DNA from: Macrostomum lignano
Lineage: Eukaryota
DNA length: 64,000 nucleotides
Direction: 5' to 3'
Assembly: GCA_002269645.1 (NCBI GenBank)
Contig: NIVC01000522.1
Coordinates: 62,001 to 126,000 of the forward strand
This document shows, in pieces, positions 24,325 to 34,490 of this stretch. Below the pieces are notes generated by a model. It saw only the letters and a list, made by a program, of their open reading frames with translations, was not told the origin of the DNA and did no database searches. The stretch's first letter is position 1. Each line of letters opens with the position of its first letter. The position numbers and the translations under genes are program-made.

Positions 24325-24804
24325 TTAGACATGCAAAACGCTAGTCACATGATCGTACATTTGACAGAGCTCTTTAAAGTTTCGTATTCCAAGGAAAACA
24401 AGGCGGCCATTCTTTCCGCATAATAAACATTTAGCATTGCGAAATGGAGACTTTATTACTATTCCATTGAAAACTTCGCACTCCCACTTCACCCAGCGGG
24501 ACCCGGAGTATGCAATTTGGAAAAAGTTTGGCCATCTGTCTACTTCAGCGCGGTAAGTACTAGTGGTAACAACAACAGAAATTGGTTTACATTGAGGAAA
24601 AAGACGCAAAACTTGGTTGACTGAGCGACAACCGAATACAATTGCAGACAAAGAGCGCTGAAAAAAGTTGATTGTACATTTTCCTATTCGCAAATTGATA
24701 AGAGCTCTTCGTCTGCGAAATGTCCGTGCGCTCGCCCAGTCCAAGTCAGGCATGCGGCTCCATTTCGCGCAAAACACTCGGTTCACACACTCGACGTTCT
24801 GCAA
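24325..24804 (-). CDS. Divergent TATA-binding protein (TBP)-like protein encoded by the element
   Basis: Manual alignment to the TBP core: N.V.........DL spacing; LRI..CTINFF...[39 protein letters not shown] aligns without gaps to [48 protein letters not shown]..VL matches SGKIVLTGAK..EI.Q.FE.I..VL. The ORF starts at TTG, not ATG. Confidence 0.8.
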   Translation of the reverse strand: [159 protein letters not shown]

Positions 24805-25535
24805 GTAGATTTTTCGGCAGTTTTTACTTTCGTATCCTTCTTGGGGGCTTTCGACCGCTTCTTTGATTCGTTGGCTGCTACTAGTTTCGATTGATGCTGT
24901 CGCTTTCTGGCCTGATTTTTAGGCACCTTTGGCAGCTTCTCCTTGACAAGCTTTGGTGGTTTCTTTGCTTTCTTGCTTACTTTCTTGGTGCCTACCTTGA
25001 TTTTTGGAGGTGGCGTCCAATAGCAACGATCAAATGCCTGTTTGGCTTCTTCGACAAACTGTAGCTGTTGAATTTTTGGCATTGCGGTCAAAACAGCGTC
25101 TCGAATCACGGCCGTGTCGAGAGTAAACAGAATCCTGTAGTAGCCGCTCTTGTTTTTGTAATCCTCTACAGGCAGTCCGTTTTGGTCGTACATTTTAAAG
25201 TCGTGAGCCAGCCCAAACGCTGCACTGTCACCTCCAAACGCTGGGTTGTAGCCCAGCAGAGCTAGACTTTCGCTGGAAAGGTGCTCCGCCACAGTGTTGA
25301 AAGTGTAGGGTATGCAGCTTTCAATGTGTTTTTGTGCAATGATGATGAATTCGCGACCTTCGTTGTCAGTACGCACGCCCTTGACGATCAAAACAGGGAC
25401 CGCATTGGCCAAGTAGAGAGGTCCCTGTTCGTCATATTCAATGTCAAACGTTTCAACCCCGTTGAAGCTCGGACCTCGCGGTTTGAGTGCCAGCAGCTCT
25501 CGCTTGACGCAGTTGAAGTCTTGCACTGTCTCCAT
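24783..25535 (-). CDS. Hypothetical protein, possible OB-fold ssDNA-binding protein with a Lys-rich tail
   Basis: Intact 250-aa ORF with an upstream TATATAAG. The beta-rich segment FKMYDQNG..GYYRILFTL..PKIQQLQF only loosely resembles viral gp2.5-like SSBs. Confidence 0.55.
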   Translation of the reverse strand: METVQDFNCVKRELLALKPRGPSFNGVETFDIEYDEQGPLYLANAVPVLIVKGVRTDNEGREFIIIAQKHIESCIPYTFNTVAEHLSSESLALLGYNPAFGGDSAAFGLAHDFKMYDQNGLPVEDYKNKSGYYRILFTLDTAVIRDAVLTAMPKIQQLQFVEEAKQAFDRCYWTPPPKIKVGTKKVSKKAKKPPKLVKEKLPKVPKNQARKRQHQSKLVAANESKKRSKAPKKDTKVKTAEKSTCRTSSV

Positions 25536-25550
25536 GTCTCTTGTCTGTTT

Positions 25551-26499
25551 AGAAAAATTTGCAGGTACGGGCGCTTGCAGATGCTCCGGGCTGGTGCTTA
25601 TATACCCGAGAGTCTCAATAAGTTTTTGTTTTAATTACACGATAACGAGCTTTTCACAGAGTTGTCGTTATCGAGGATTCCGGAAAAAATGAACCTTTTG
25701 TTCCTATTTTCGGGTGCTGGCGTTGGAGGTGTGCTGAAATCCTTGCTCCAAGTTGCTGGTAGTTCAAGCTTTGGCGGCCTGTTCCTCTTGTGCTTTGGCA
25801 GCCAAAAATTCCAAATCTTTTGTTGCTCCTCCCACGACGGATTATACAGATCTTGATGGTTCCGAAAACGTATTTTTTGGCGATGCTCCTCACTTAGTAT
25901 CGGAGCCAGTAATCTCTCCATTCGTGCTAAATCAGCTTTGAACCTCATTTTGTCCCGTAGTTGCTCATTTATCCTGGCTGCTGCGTAGTCTTGGCTGTCG
26001 TAGGGGCCTTGATCAATTTCCTCGACCTTGGCATTGAAGGTGACTAATCGCTCGGAAATCGGTTTGCTGTGGCAAATGCACAACCAGTCAGCAGATTTTT
26101 TCAAGGCCTCATATTCGTCTTTTTCCTCGTTCGAAAATAGGGGGTAGTCTCTGGAAATCCAGCTCATTTCTTGTCAAGCACTGCTGCGTTGTTCGCACTA
26201 GTGGTGGGGATGTTATTCGAGCTTGAAAAACTGCCGAGAATCCGAGAAAAATTTGCAGGTACGGGTGCTTGGTGCCCCGGGTTGGTGCTTATATACCCGA
26301 GAGTCTCAATAAGTTTTTGTTTTAATTACATGTTAACGAGCTTTTTACGGTGTTGTCGTTATCGAGGATTCCAGAAAAAATGAGCCTTTTGTACCTATTT
26401 TCGGTGCTGGCGTTGGAGGTGTGCTGAAATCCTTGCTCCAAGTTGTTGCCAGTTCATGCTTTGGCGGTCTGTCCTCTTGTGCTTTGGCAACCAAAAATT
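25551..26499 (-). repeat. Internal direct duplication of about 255 bp (25551-25810 and 26245-26499) carrying a TATATAAG box
   Basis: Both copies share GAAAAATTTGCAGGTACGGG...GGTGCTTATATACCCGAGAGTCTCAATAAG...CCAAAAATT. Confidence 0.9.
25631..26167 (-). CDS. Hypothetical 178-aa protein of the element
   Basis: ATG-initiated ORF, co-oriented with the other genes, upstream TATATAAG. A degenerate copy of its 3' end lies at 26245-26499. Confidence 0.55.
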   Translation of the reverse strand: MSWISRDYPLFSNEEKDEYEALKKSADWLCICHSKPISERLVTFNAKVEEIDQGPYDSQDYAAARINEQLRDKMRFKADLARMERLLAPILSEEHRQKIRFRNHQDLYNPSWEEQQKIWNFWLPKHKRNRPPKLELPATWSKDFSTPPTPAPENRNKRFIFSGILDNDNSVKSSLSCN

Positions 26500-26708
26500 G
26501 CTTGTCAAACACTGCGTTTTCCACATGATTGGGGTGTTAATTGAACTAGGTGAATTTAGATAAACGGCCGAGAATCCAAATTTTCTTATTTATAGTTTGC
26601 TGTCTGAACAAAATTGGTTTGGCATCTTGTTAAACGAGAATATTTCATGCATAGAAGTTTGTGTTTTCAGACCTTGATGACGTGTCTGACTATAAAGTTA
26701 GCATTGTG

Positions 26709-27391
26709 GCTCGGCCGGCTTTTTGTGTAAATATATATACACCTTTTGAAAACTTATTTGGCTCTGGGGGAGGGGTTGGGTATGACGTAATTGCCCCGGA
26801 GTGGCTACGGAGGACAGAATTCTAGAGGGATGGAGAATGGTGTGAGTGGAAATAACAGGCTGCAGCAGAGGGGTGGATAGCAGCGATTTACAGCGGCTGA
26901 CTCATCATGCCTCCGCGTGGGGCCGCCAATTTTGTGGGGGTCACAGACAATTCTGTGCGTACACCAATTTTGGGATGGACAGTAAATATGGACAAGTAAT
27001 AATATGGACAGTTATCGGGTGGGTCGGCGCACGTTAATTCTGCCAATTTTTGGTATATGGACAGTTAATATGGACAGTTAATTCTGCGTACACCAATGCT
27101 GCATTGTGTGGGGATGGGGGCGCGCGCGCTTCTGCGTACAACAACTGCTACGGTGAAGCGCTAATTATGCGTACTATATTGTACTCGTCGCTTCTGTACG
27201 ACACAGTGTACACTGATTACATGTATAATTAGATTTACACGAGAGTTACATGCATAAATGTCTCACATAATGACTTACAGGGTCTGGACCAATTAGAAGA
27301 GGTCTAATGTATTTAGATAGGCGTTGAATTTCCATTGGCTCTGACACCCACCTCACCTCCAAAATCGACAACAATCTGCACGATACGTAGT
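26709..27391 (-). repeat. Right terminal inverted repeat (683 bp)
   Basis: Ends CGATACGTAGT and is followed by the TSD TGCCTT. Confidence 0.95.
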
Positions 27392-29598
27392 TGCCTTTCT
27401 TATTGCTCTATCGATATTCATAAAGCTTTTCGTTCAGAAATAGTTTTTAAGGCAGGTTTCACCGGAAAAATACACTACGGAAATAGGAAATTTCACGATT
27501 TTCAACACTAAAACAGTGATTGGGTCTCTTAACAGTGTCAGAGAAAGTTCTAATCACACTATTTTGTGCCTCACATGCTGCTCTAACGACGCATTCATCG
27601 ATTTTTCAAGTTAAATTGGTCTGTCACTTGAAAAAAAATGTTTAAAATAATGACAAGGACAACTTGTTACTTGAGTATAGTCCTTGCCATCAGCTTTCGT
27701 GACTTTGTGCCGGATAGCTGTAAAAATTGCTTATGTCTCTCAGCCGTAAAAATTGCCTCCGCGGTAAAGCCACTGTGGTTTTTGCGCGCTTTTGCCTGTG
27801 CGCGCTTATTTCCACACTTGCCAAAAAATACACATGCGCGCTTGTGCCTGTGCGCGCTTATTCAGCCCTCACTGTACGCGCTCGTACATCTATACAGGCA
27901 GGAGAGACTGGCAGAAGCCGTCGCTTTTACAGTTTACGTAAAATATCAATTTTGTAAATTAATGATACTTTTTAGAAGCTTTTGAACAATAGTTTATTTA
28001 TAAGGGGCCAGCGGAAGCGCCTAGCTGCAAGCAAGTCGGCAATGAAGCACTCAGTCAGAATGCCAAGCCTAGGCAACGGCACTGCAGTTCAGTCGATGCA
28101 CATGCATTCAGCACAGCCAAGAGGTTCGGATCGGAGGCAGTGGCCCAGCTGTATCTGCATGGTCGACGGCGCCGGCGTAGAGTAGCGCTCATCAGGGGCG
28201 GCGCTCCAACGCGGGCCATGAGAGGGCGTTGGTCGGCGTTCAGGCGAGGCTTATATTCAATTTCCTTTGGATGTAATCGATGTATATGTTTCATATTCAA
28301 TTATGTACTGATGATAATATGATCTGGAACTGCATGTAGACATGTATATGTGTACATGTAGTTATATATGCTGCTGCAACATGGGAGGAAACGACTTTAA
28401 AGGGACATCTACATACGTGTAAGAGAAATTGTTATCAACTGTAATACATGTACGCTATTAGGAACCTTAAATTACTCGCTGAAGATGGCATGTACATGTA
28501 TGCACAAGATGTGCTCGTTCTCAGCATTGACTGGGTACTGTACATGTACGTCTTTCAGAAACCTCGAAATGAGTCTCTAAATCAACCACAGGCATTTCTC
28601 AGGTACACTTTAACAGGAATTTCGTGGGCGTGCTAGCTGCTGTCTGTGTTTTGTCCGAGCTGAATTCGATTCATTTTTCAAGCTGAGGTTTTCATGAAAT
28701 GCTTTCCGCGGAGACGGGGGCAAGTAAAAGGAAGGCTAGTATGAAGCGAGCATTTCAGCTAGTTTTAGCCAAGGTCACGAGTGTGCGTCGTCATATCATA
28801 TTAGCCGCATTGATTGAAATGTCTATGGCTGAAACAGGCGGTCATTGCCGTGAAGTGACATTTCGATCACTAATAATAAAGTTCCGCCGAATCTTCAGCC
28901 GTTCCTGTCCCCTGTAATGTACTTTTCTATACTTGGCAGCATTTTCTCCACCAGAAGTAGTCTATGGCCAAAAGCCTAAACAGTGAATCTTTGCAAAATC
29001 CGTTTTAGAGAACGCTGCCACCATTCAATAATAGCCAATAATTTTTAAAATTTTACGTGGCTCCAATTCAGAAAGTAATTATAGAAAGGTGTGATGGATT
29101 TCGTCAACTTGGTCCAAACAACATTGTGCAGGGACCGTTAATATATAACTGTGCAAAGAGCAATGTCGAATATATTTAATATTTAATGTACCCCAGGACG
29201 AAAATAGATCTTCTGCTAAATATTTATCATCGAAATAATTATCAGCTTGACAGAGAATTAAAAGCATTGATATTAAAATAAAATCAATATCTAATTTTTC
29301 CAAGACGATAATTAAGCGTAATTAGTTTAATCAGATAATTTAAATTGCATTGTCAACTTCACGACTTGCGCCTGGAACTATAAATTTTAACGCATTTTTA
29401 GACCTCTTATAGGGCAGCAAAGGCTGTTTTAATAAGTCTTTGTCGCGTAAGTACTTGTGTAGGTTGTCAAAACACACTTGTATAGCTAAGCTGTACAAGC
29501 TACATGTAAAACAACTGGGCATCAGAGTATAGCTCTTGTTACACGAATAAGAACTAACGGGAGAGAGGGTAAAGAGGGCCTGCGATGCCCCCTAGATA

Positions 29599-29703
29599 TC
29601 AGGTGTCAGTTTTTTCACTTGTCAATAAGCTAAAAAACAGCATGGCTAAACCAGTATTGATGACGAACACGAATACTAGCAGCAGGTGCTCCTGACACCA
29701 GTC
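29599..29703 (-). CDS. JPH: Junctophilin last exon (C-terminal ER/SR transmembrane anchor)
   Basis: ttgcag acceptor then DWCQEHLLLVFVFVINTGLAMLFFSLLTSEKTDT*. The eight exons sum to 2748 nt (915 aa plus stop). Not in the ORF track. Confidence 0.9.
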   Translation of the reverse strand, partial: DWCQEHLLLVFVFVINTGLAMLFFSLLTSEKTDT

Positions 29704-29892
29704 CTGCAATAGTTGGGGGGGGGGTGCGAGGTTGTTATGAAACAATTAGTGTCTTTTTAATGCTCGTCTCAGGATTTTAATTTAAATTAATAATAAAAAC
29801 ACTTCAAACTGTAATTATAAACGCATGCACGGGGATGAACTTGGCGTGCCAAACTTATAAAAAATTATCGTAGTATACTCATTGACTTTCTT

Positions 29893-30260
29893 GGGGGGCC
29901 GTAGCCCAGCGGTAGCGCAGCTGCTCTGGTGTGCCGCGACCCAGGCTCGATTCCAAGTGCAGTCACATTAATTTGGGGCTGAATTGGAATCTCGGCTTGG
30001 CTCTGTTCGTGCAATTAACAGCCTTGAGAGCCAACCCCCCCAAGGCACAGTGAAGTGTACATGCCTAACGATAATATAAAGTTAGGGCCGCTGTACACTC
30101 CTGTGTGAGTGTGTGCCTGCGTACGTATCCGCGCGCTTGTCTGCCTGCTCAGGGGAGTCGGCGGAATGGGCAGCAATGCCTCTCGCCGGTTGTGTGACGA
30201 CAATGTCGCTTAAAGTGCGCCAGGGTTGCACACAACCCCCCTGCCTCTAATAAAAAAAAT
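29893..30260 (+). mobile_element. tRNA-derived SINE, copy 1
   Basis: A-box-like TAGCCCAGCGG, B-box-like GGCTCGATTCC, A-rich tail, and 11-bp TSD TTGACTTTCTT (29882-29892, 30261-30271). Confidence 0.88.
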
Positions 30261-31004
30261 TTGACTTTCTTAGAAATTTCATTTGAAGAATCTTCAGTCG
30301 AGTTCTTATTAGATTTTTAAATTACTATGCCAATTTGCTATAATAAATTGTTCTAATTTGCCAAGATAACAAAATGACAAAAATATGACTGAGCTGAAAA
30401 TTTTTTACGATTATTCCCTATCTAACAGGTAACCATATCCTGTCTAACAGGTAACCATATCCTGTCTAACAGGCAACCATAACATGTAACTGTACTTCCT
30501 TATTGACTAACTATTGAAACTCAATAGACCCGCAAATTAATTCGGTCAAACCTTCGCCTCCAATTTAAGAAAGTCGGCTGCAATGCGACAGGTGCGCAGT
30601 GTGGCGGCAGCCAGCAGTTTGATCGCTTCAATCCACAGGTGACGAGCTTCGGCTGGCTCCACTCTGCCAGATCGACCACCGAAAGTGCCGGCGCAGTGAC
30701 GGCACCGGCGCATGTTGGACCGGGTGACAAATCCGTGATGCGGATCAGTCAGAGGAAGTCGTTTGAACTCCTGCATTCCAATTTTCCCGAAATAAAAGTT
30801 GGGGAAATTTAATTTAAGCAGGTTCATAAAATGTATTCGGCAAGCAGACCAGAGTCATGCTGTCCTCAAATCAAACACTTCAAACGGTATTTTCGTGCCT
30901 GATGCAAGCCATTAAGTTTAGCTCTAACGAAAAATTAAGTTGCATGAGATAAGAAAATACGGTAAACATGCGTACATGGAGATTTAACTGCTCATTTAAA
31001 TTTT

Positions 31005-32185
31005 GCTACAAACTCACTCCATCTGCGTACTTTGCGCCAAACTAACTCTCTCCCCCTAGAAAGAACACCCACCTCACTCCATCTGCGTACTTTGCGCCAA
31101 ACTAACTCTCTCCCCTAGAAAGCACACCCACCTCACTCCATCTGCGTACTTTGCGCCATACTAACTCTTTCCCATAGAAAGCGCACCCACCCCACTCTAT
31201 CTGCGTACTTTGCGCCAATCTAATTCTCTCCCCTTGGAAAGCACACCCACCTCACTCCATCTGCGTACTTTGCGCTAAACTAACTCTCTCCTCCTTGGAA
31301 AGCACACCCACCTCACTCCATCTGCGTACTTTGCGCTAAACTAACTCTCTCCCCCAGGGGGGCCGTAGCCCAGCAGTAGCGCAGCTGCTCTTGTGTGCCG
31401 CGACCCAGGCTCGATTCCAAGTGCAGTCACATTAATTTGGGGCTGAATTGGAATCTCGGCTTGGCTTTGCTTGTGCAATTTACGGCCTTGAGAGCCAACC
31501 CCCCAAGGCGCAGTGAAATGTACATGCCTAACGATAATATAAAGTTAGGGCCGCTGTACACTCCTGTGTGAGTGTGTGCCTGCGTACGAATCCGCGCGCT
31601 TGTATGCCTGCTCAGGGGAGTCGGCGGAATGGGCAGTAATGCCTCTCGCCGGTTGTGTGCCTATGTCGCTTAAAGTGCGCCAGGGTGCACACAACCCCCC
31701 TGCCTATTTAAAAAATAAAAATTCTCTCCCCCTTGGAAAGGGGACCCACCTTTCTCCATCTGCGTACTTTGCGCCAAACTAACTCTCCCCCCTAGAAAGC
31801 ACACCCACCTCACTCCATCTGCGTACTTTGCGCCAATCTAACTCTCCCCCCCTTGGAAAGCACACCCACCTCACTCCATCTGTGTACTTTGCGCCAATCT
31901 AACTCTCCCCACTAGAAAGCACACCCACCTCACTCCATCTGCGTACTTTGCGCCAATCTAACTCTCCCCCCCTTGGAAAGCACACCCACCTCACTCCATC
32001 TGTGTACTTTGCGCCAATCTAACTCTCCCCCCTAGAAAGCACACCCACCTCACTCCATCTGCGTAATTTGCGCCAATCTAACTCTCCCCCCTTGGAAAGC
32101 ACACCCACCTCACTCCATCTGCGTAATTTGCGCCAAACTAACTCTCCCCCCTAGAAAGCACACCCACCTCACTCCATCTGTGTAC
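31005..32185. repeat. About 61-bp tandem repeat (CACCCACCTCACTCCATCTGCGTACTTTGCGCCAA...) interrupted by a SINE
   Basis: Units on both sides of SINE copy 2, in junctophilin intron 7. Confidence 0.9.
31357..31722 (+). mobile_element. tRNA-derived SINE, copy 2, inserted into a minisatellite
   Basis: Diverged copy of the same family with an A-rich tail and TSD TCTCTCCCCC (31346-31355, 31723-31732). Confidence 0.88.
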
Positions 32186-32410
32186 TTTGTGCCAAACAAA
32201 TTCTAACCTACAGAAAGCACTCAGCTCACGCTCCTTTCTAACGTCGCTTTTTATTTCGTATCAGCTTGGCACTGCAACTTTGCCTCCTTTCTACTAGCGA
32301 AAGTACATTGGTTTGAATGGGGCAGTGGGGGTTCTAGTGAGTGATTGTACATTATTTAGCCTCCTAATAATGCATCAACCGCTCACGCCCCTCTCTAACA
32401 GTCTGCTGAC

Positions 32411-32789
32411 CTTAAGATCGGCCATTCGGATGACGATCTCGCCCTGTCTGCGCCGCTCCTCCAACCGCAGCAGTTCGAGTCGGCGAGCCTCGCTCAGTCG
32501 GGCGACCTCGTCGCGCGACATCACTCCGCCATGGCGTCGGATATGCCGGCACACGCTGACGTCTGGCAGGCTGCCTTCGCCGAGATCCTTTGCCAGCTTT
32601 GCCTGCGACTCGATCCGGTAGTGCCTCGGCAGCGGTGCCAGGCGCTCAGGATCAGCGGGCGTCGTTGACGCACAGGCACGCGTCAGCTTGGAGGCCGGGT
32701 CGGTCACCAGACACGGACGCGACTCAGCGTGCACTCGCTTGCGAATGCCGTTCTCAATGATGAATGTGGAGTTCTTGAGGTTCTCCGCG
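32411..32789 (-). CDS. JPH: Junctophilin exon 7
   Basis: FIIENGIRKRV...RLELLRLEERRRQGEIVIRMADLK, resembling the invertebrate junctophilin pre-TM region. tgcag acceptor; phase 2/0. Confidence 0.8.
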
Positions 32790-32989
32790 CTGCAATTTAT
32801 AGGGGCGTGCGGAACCTCTTTAGTAAGTTTCCGGCTGCAAGACTAAGAATTTTTAACAATTAAAATAGTCATCATTGAGAATCAAGAATAAAAAATAAAC
32901 ACTGAAAATCAGAATCAACAAACTGACTATTGAGCATGCAAAAAAATTACTGACAAAAATTCTGCGATATAAAGCTTCAAGCAGAAATC

Positions 32990-34118
32990 CACAATAAACA
33001 ATCCACAATCCATAATCCGCAATCCACAATGCACAATCCACAATCCACAATCCACAATCCACAATCCACAATCCACAATCCACAATCCACAATCGACCAT
33101 CGACAATCCACAATCGACAATCGGCAATCCACAATCCACAATACAATACACAATCCACAATCCACAATCGACAATCGACAATCCACAATCGACAATCGGC
33201 AATCCACAATCGACAATCTACAATCCACATCCACAATCCGCAATCGACAATCGACAATCCGCAATCGACAATCCACAATCGACAATCGACAATCGGCAAT
33301 CCACAATCGACAATCTACAATCCACAATCCACAATCCGCAATCGACAATCGACAATCCACAATCGACAATCGGCAATCCACAATCCAGAATCTACAATCC
33401 ACATCCACAATCCGCAATCGACAATCGACAATCCGCAATCGACAATCCACAATCGACAATCGACAATCGGCAATCCACAATCGACAATCCGCAATCGACA
33501 ATCCGCAATCGACAATCCGCAATCGACAATCCGCAATCAACAATCCACAATCGACAATCCACAATCGACAATCGGCAATCCACAATCGACAATCTACAAT
33601 CCACATCCACAATCCGCAATCGACAATCGACAATCCGCAATCGACAATCCACAATCGACAATCGACAATCGGCAATCCACAATCGACAATCTACAATCCA
33701 CAATCCACAATCCGCAATCGACAATCGACAATCCACAATCGACAATCGGCAATCCACAATCCAGAATCTACAATCCACATCCACAATCCGCAATCGACAA
33801 TCGACAATCCGCAATCGACAATCCACAATCGACAATCGACAATCGGCAATCCACAATCGACAATCCGCAATCGACAATCCGCAATCGACAATCCGCAATC
33901 GACAATCCGCAATCAACAATCCACAATCCACAATCGACAATCGACAATCGGCAATCCACAATCGACAATCTACAATCCACAATCCACAATCCGCAATCGA
34001 CAATCGACAATCCACAATCGACAATCGGCAATCCACAATCCACAATCCACAATCCACAATCCACAATCCACAATCCACAATCCACAATCCACAATCCACA
34101 ATCCACAATCGACCATCG
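32990..34118. repeat. 7-bp repeat (ACAATCC/ACAATCG)
   Basis: Source of the HNPQSTI/IVDCGLW pseudo-ORFs. Confidence 0.92.
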
Positions 34119-34145
34119 ACATGTGTCGGTGGACGCCAGTCTCAC

Positions 34146-34490
34146 CTGTGCGCGATCTCCTCCAGCGTCGAGTGCGCCACTGTGGCTGGTCGCACTGGCG
34201 GGCTGCTCAGCAGGGAGGGCATTGTCCGTCTGCGTCGGCCGCCGCGTCCCAGCTGTCCGGAGCCGCTGACTTCGCTCAGCCCGCTGTCCGAGTCGCCAGC
34301 CCGAGGCCCGGCCGCTCCTCCGACGTTCGCGGCGCCTCTGCCGCCGCCCCCGGCGCCACCGCCTCTGCCGCTTGCGTTGCCGCCTCCACCGCCGCTATTG
34401 TTGGGCGAGGCCGTAGATTCTTCGAAAGAGGAGTCGCGCCCGATGCCGCTGTCCCGCTTTCGACGGGTGCCGCCGTTGTGGCCGAGGGTT
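34146..34490 (-). CDS. JPH: Junctophilin exon 6
   Basis: GC-rich frame (TLGHNGG...MPSL...EEIAH); AG/GT bounded, phase 2/2. Confidence 0.72.

Larger units (their letters stand above)
17438..27391 (-). mobile_element. Polinton/Maverick-like endogenous virus lacking pPolB (9954 bp)
   Basis: TSD TGCCTT at 17432-17437 and 27392-27397; long TIRs; RVE integrase, capsid proteins, adenain-like protease and A32-like ATPase, all on the minus strand. Confidence 0.95.

Noticed and set aside
24830-24930. Programmed -1 frameshift fusing ORF250 to the TBP-like frame
   Set aside because: No canonical X_XXY_YYZ slippery heptamer was found in the overlap; kept only as a minor alternative.
29893-29970. Possible tRNA gene
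   Set aside because: Only A/B-box-like heads without a full cloverleaf; followed by a shared body, A-tail and TSDs, so it is a SINE.
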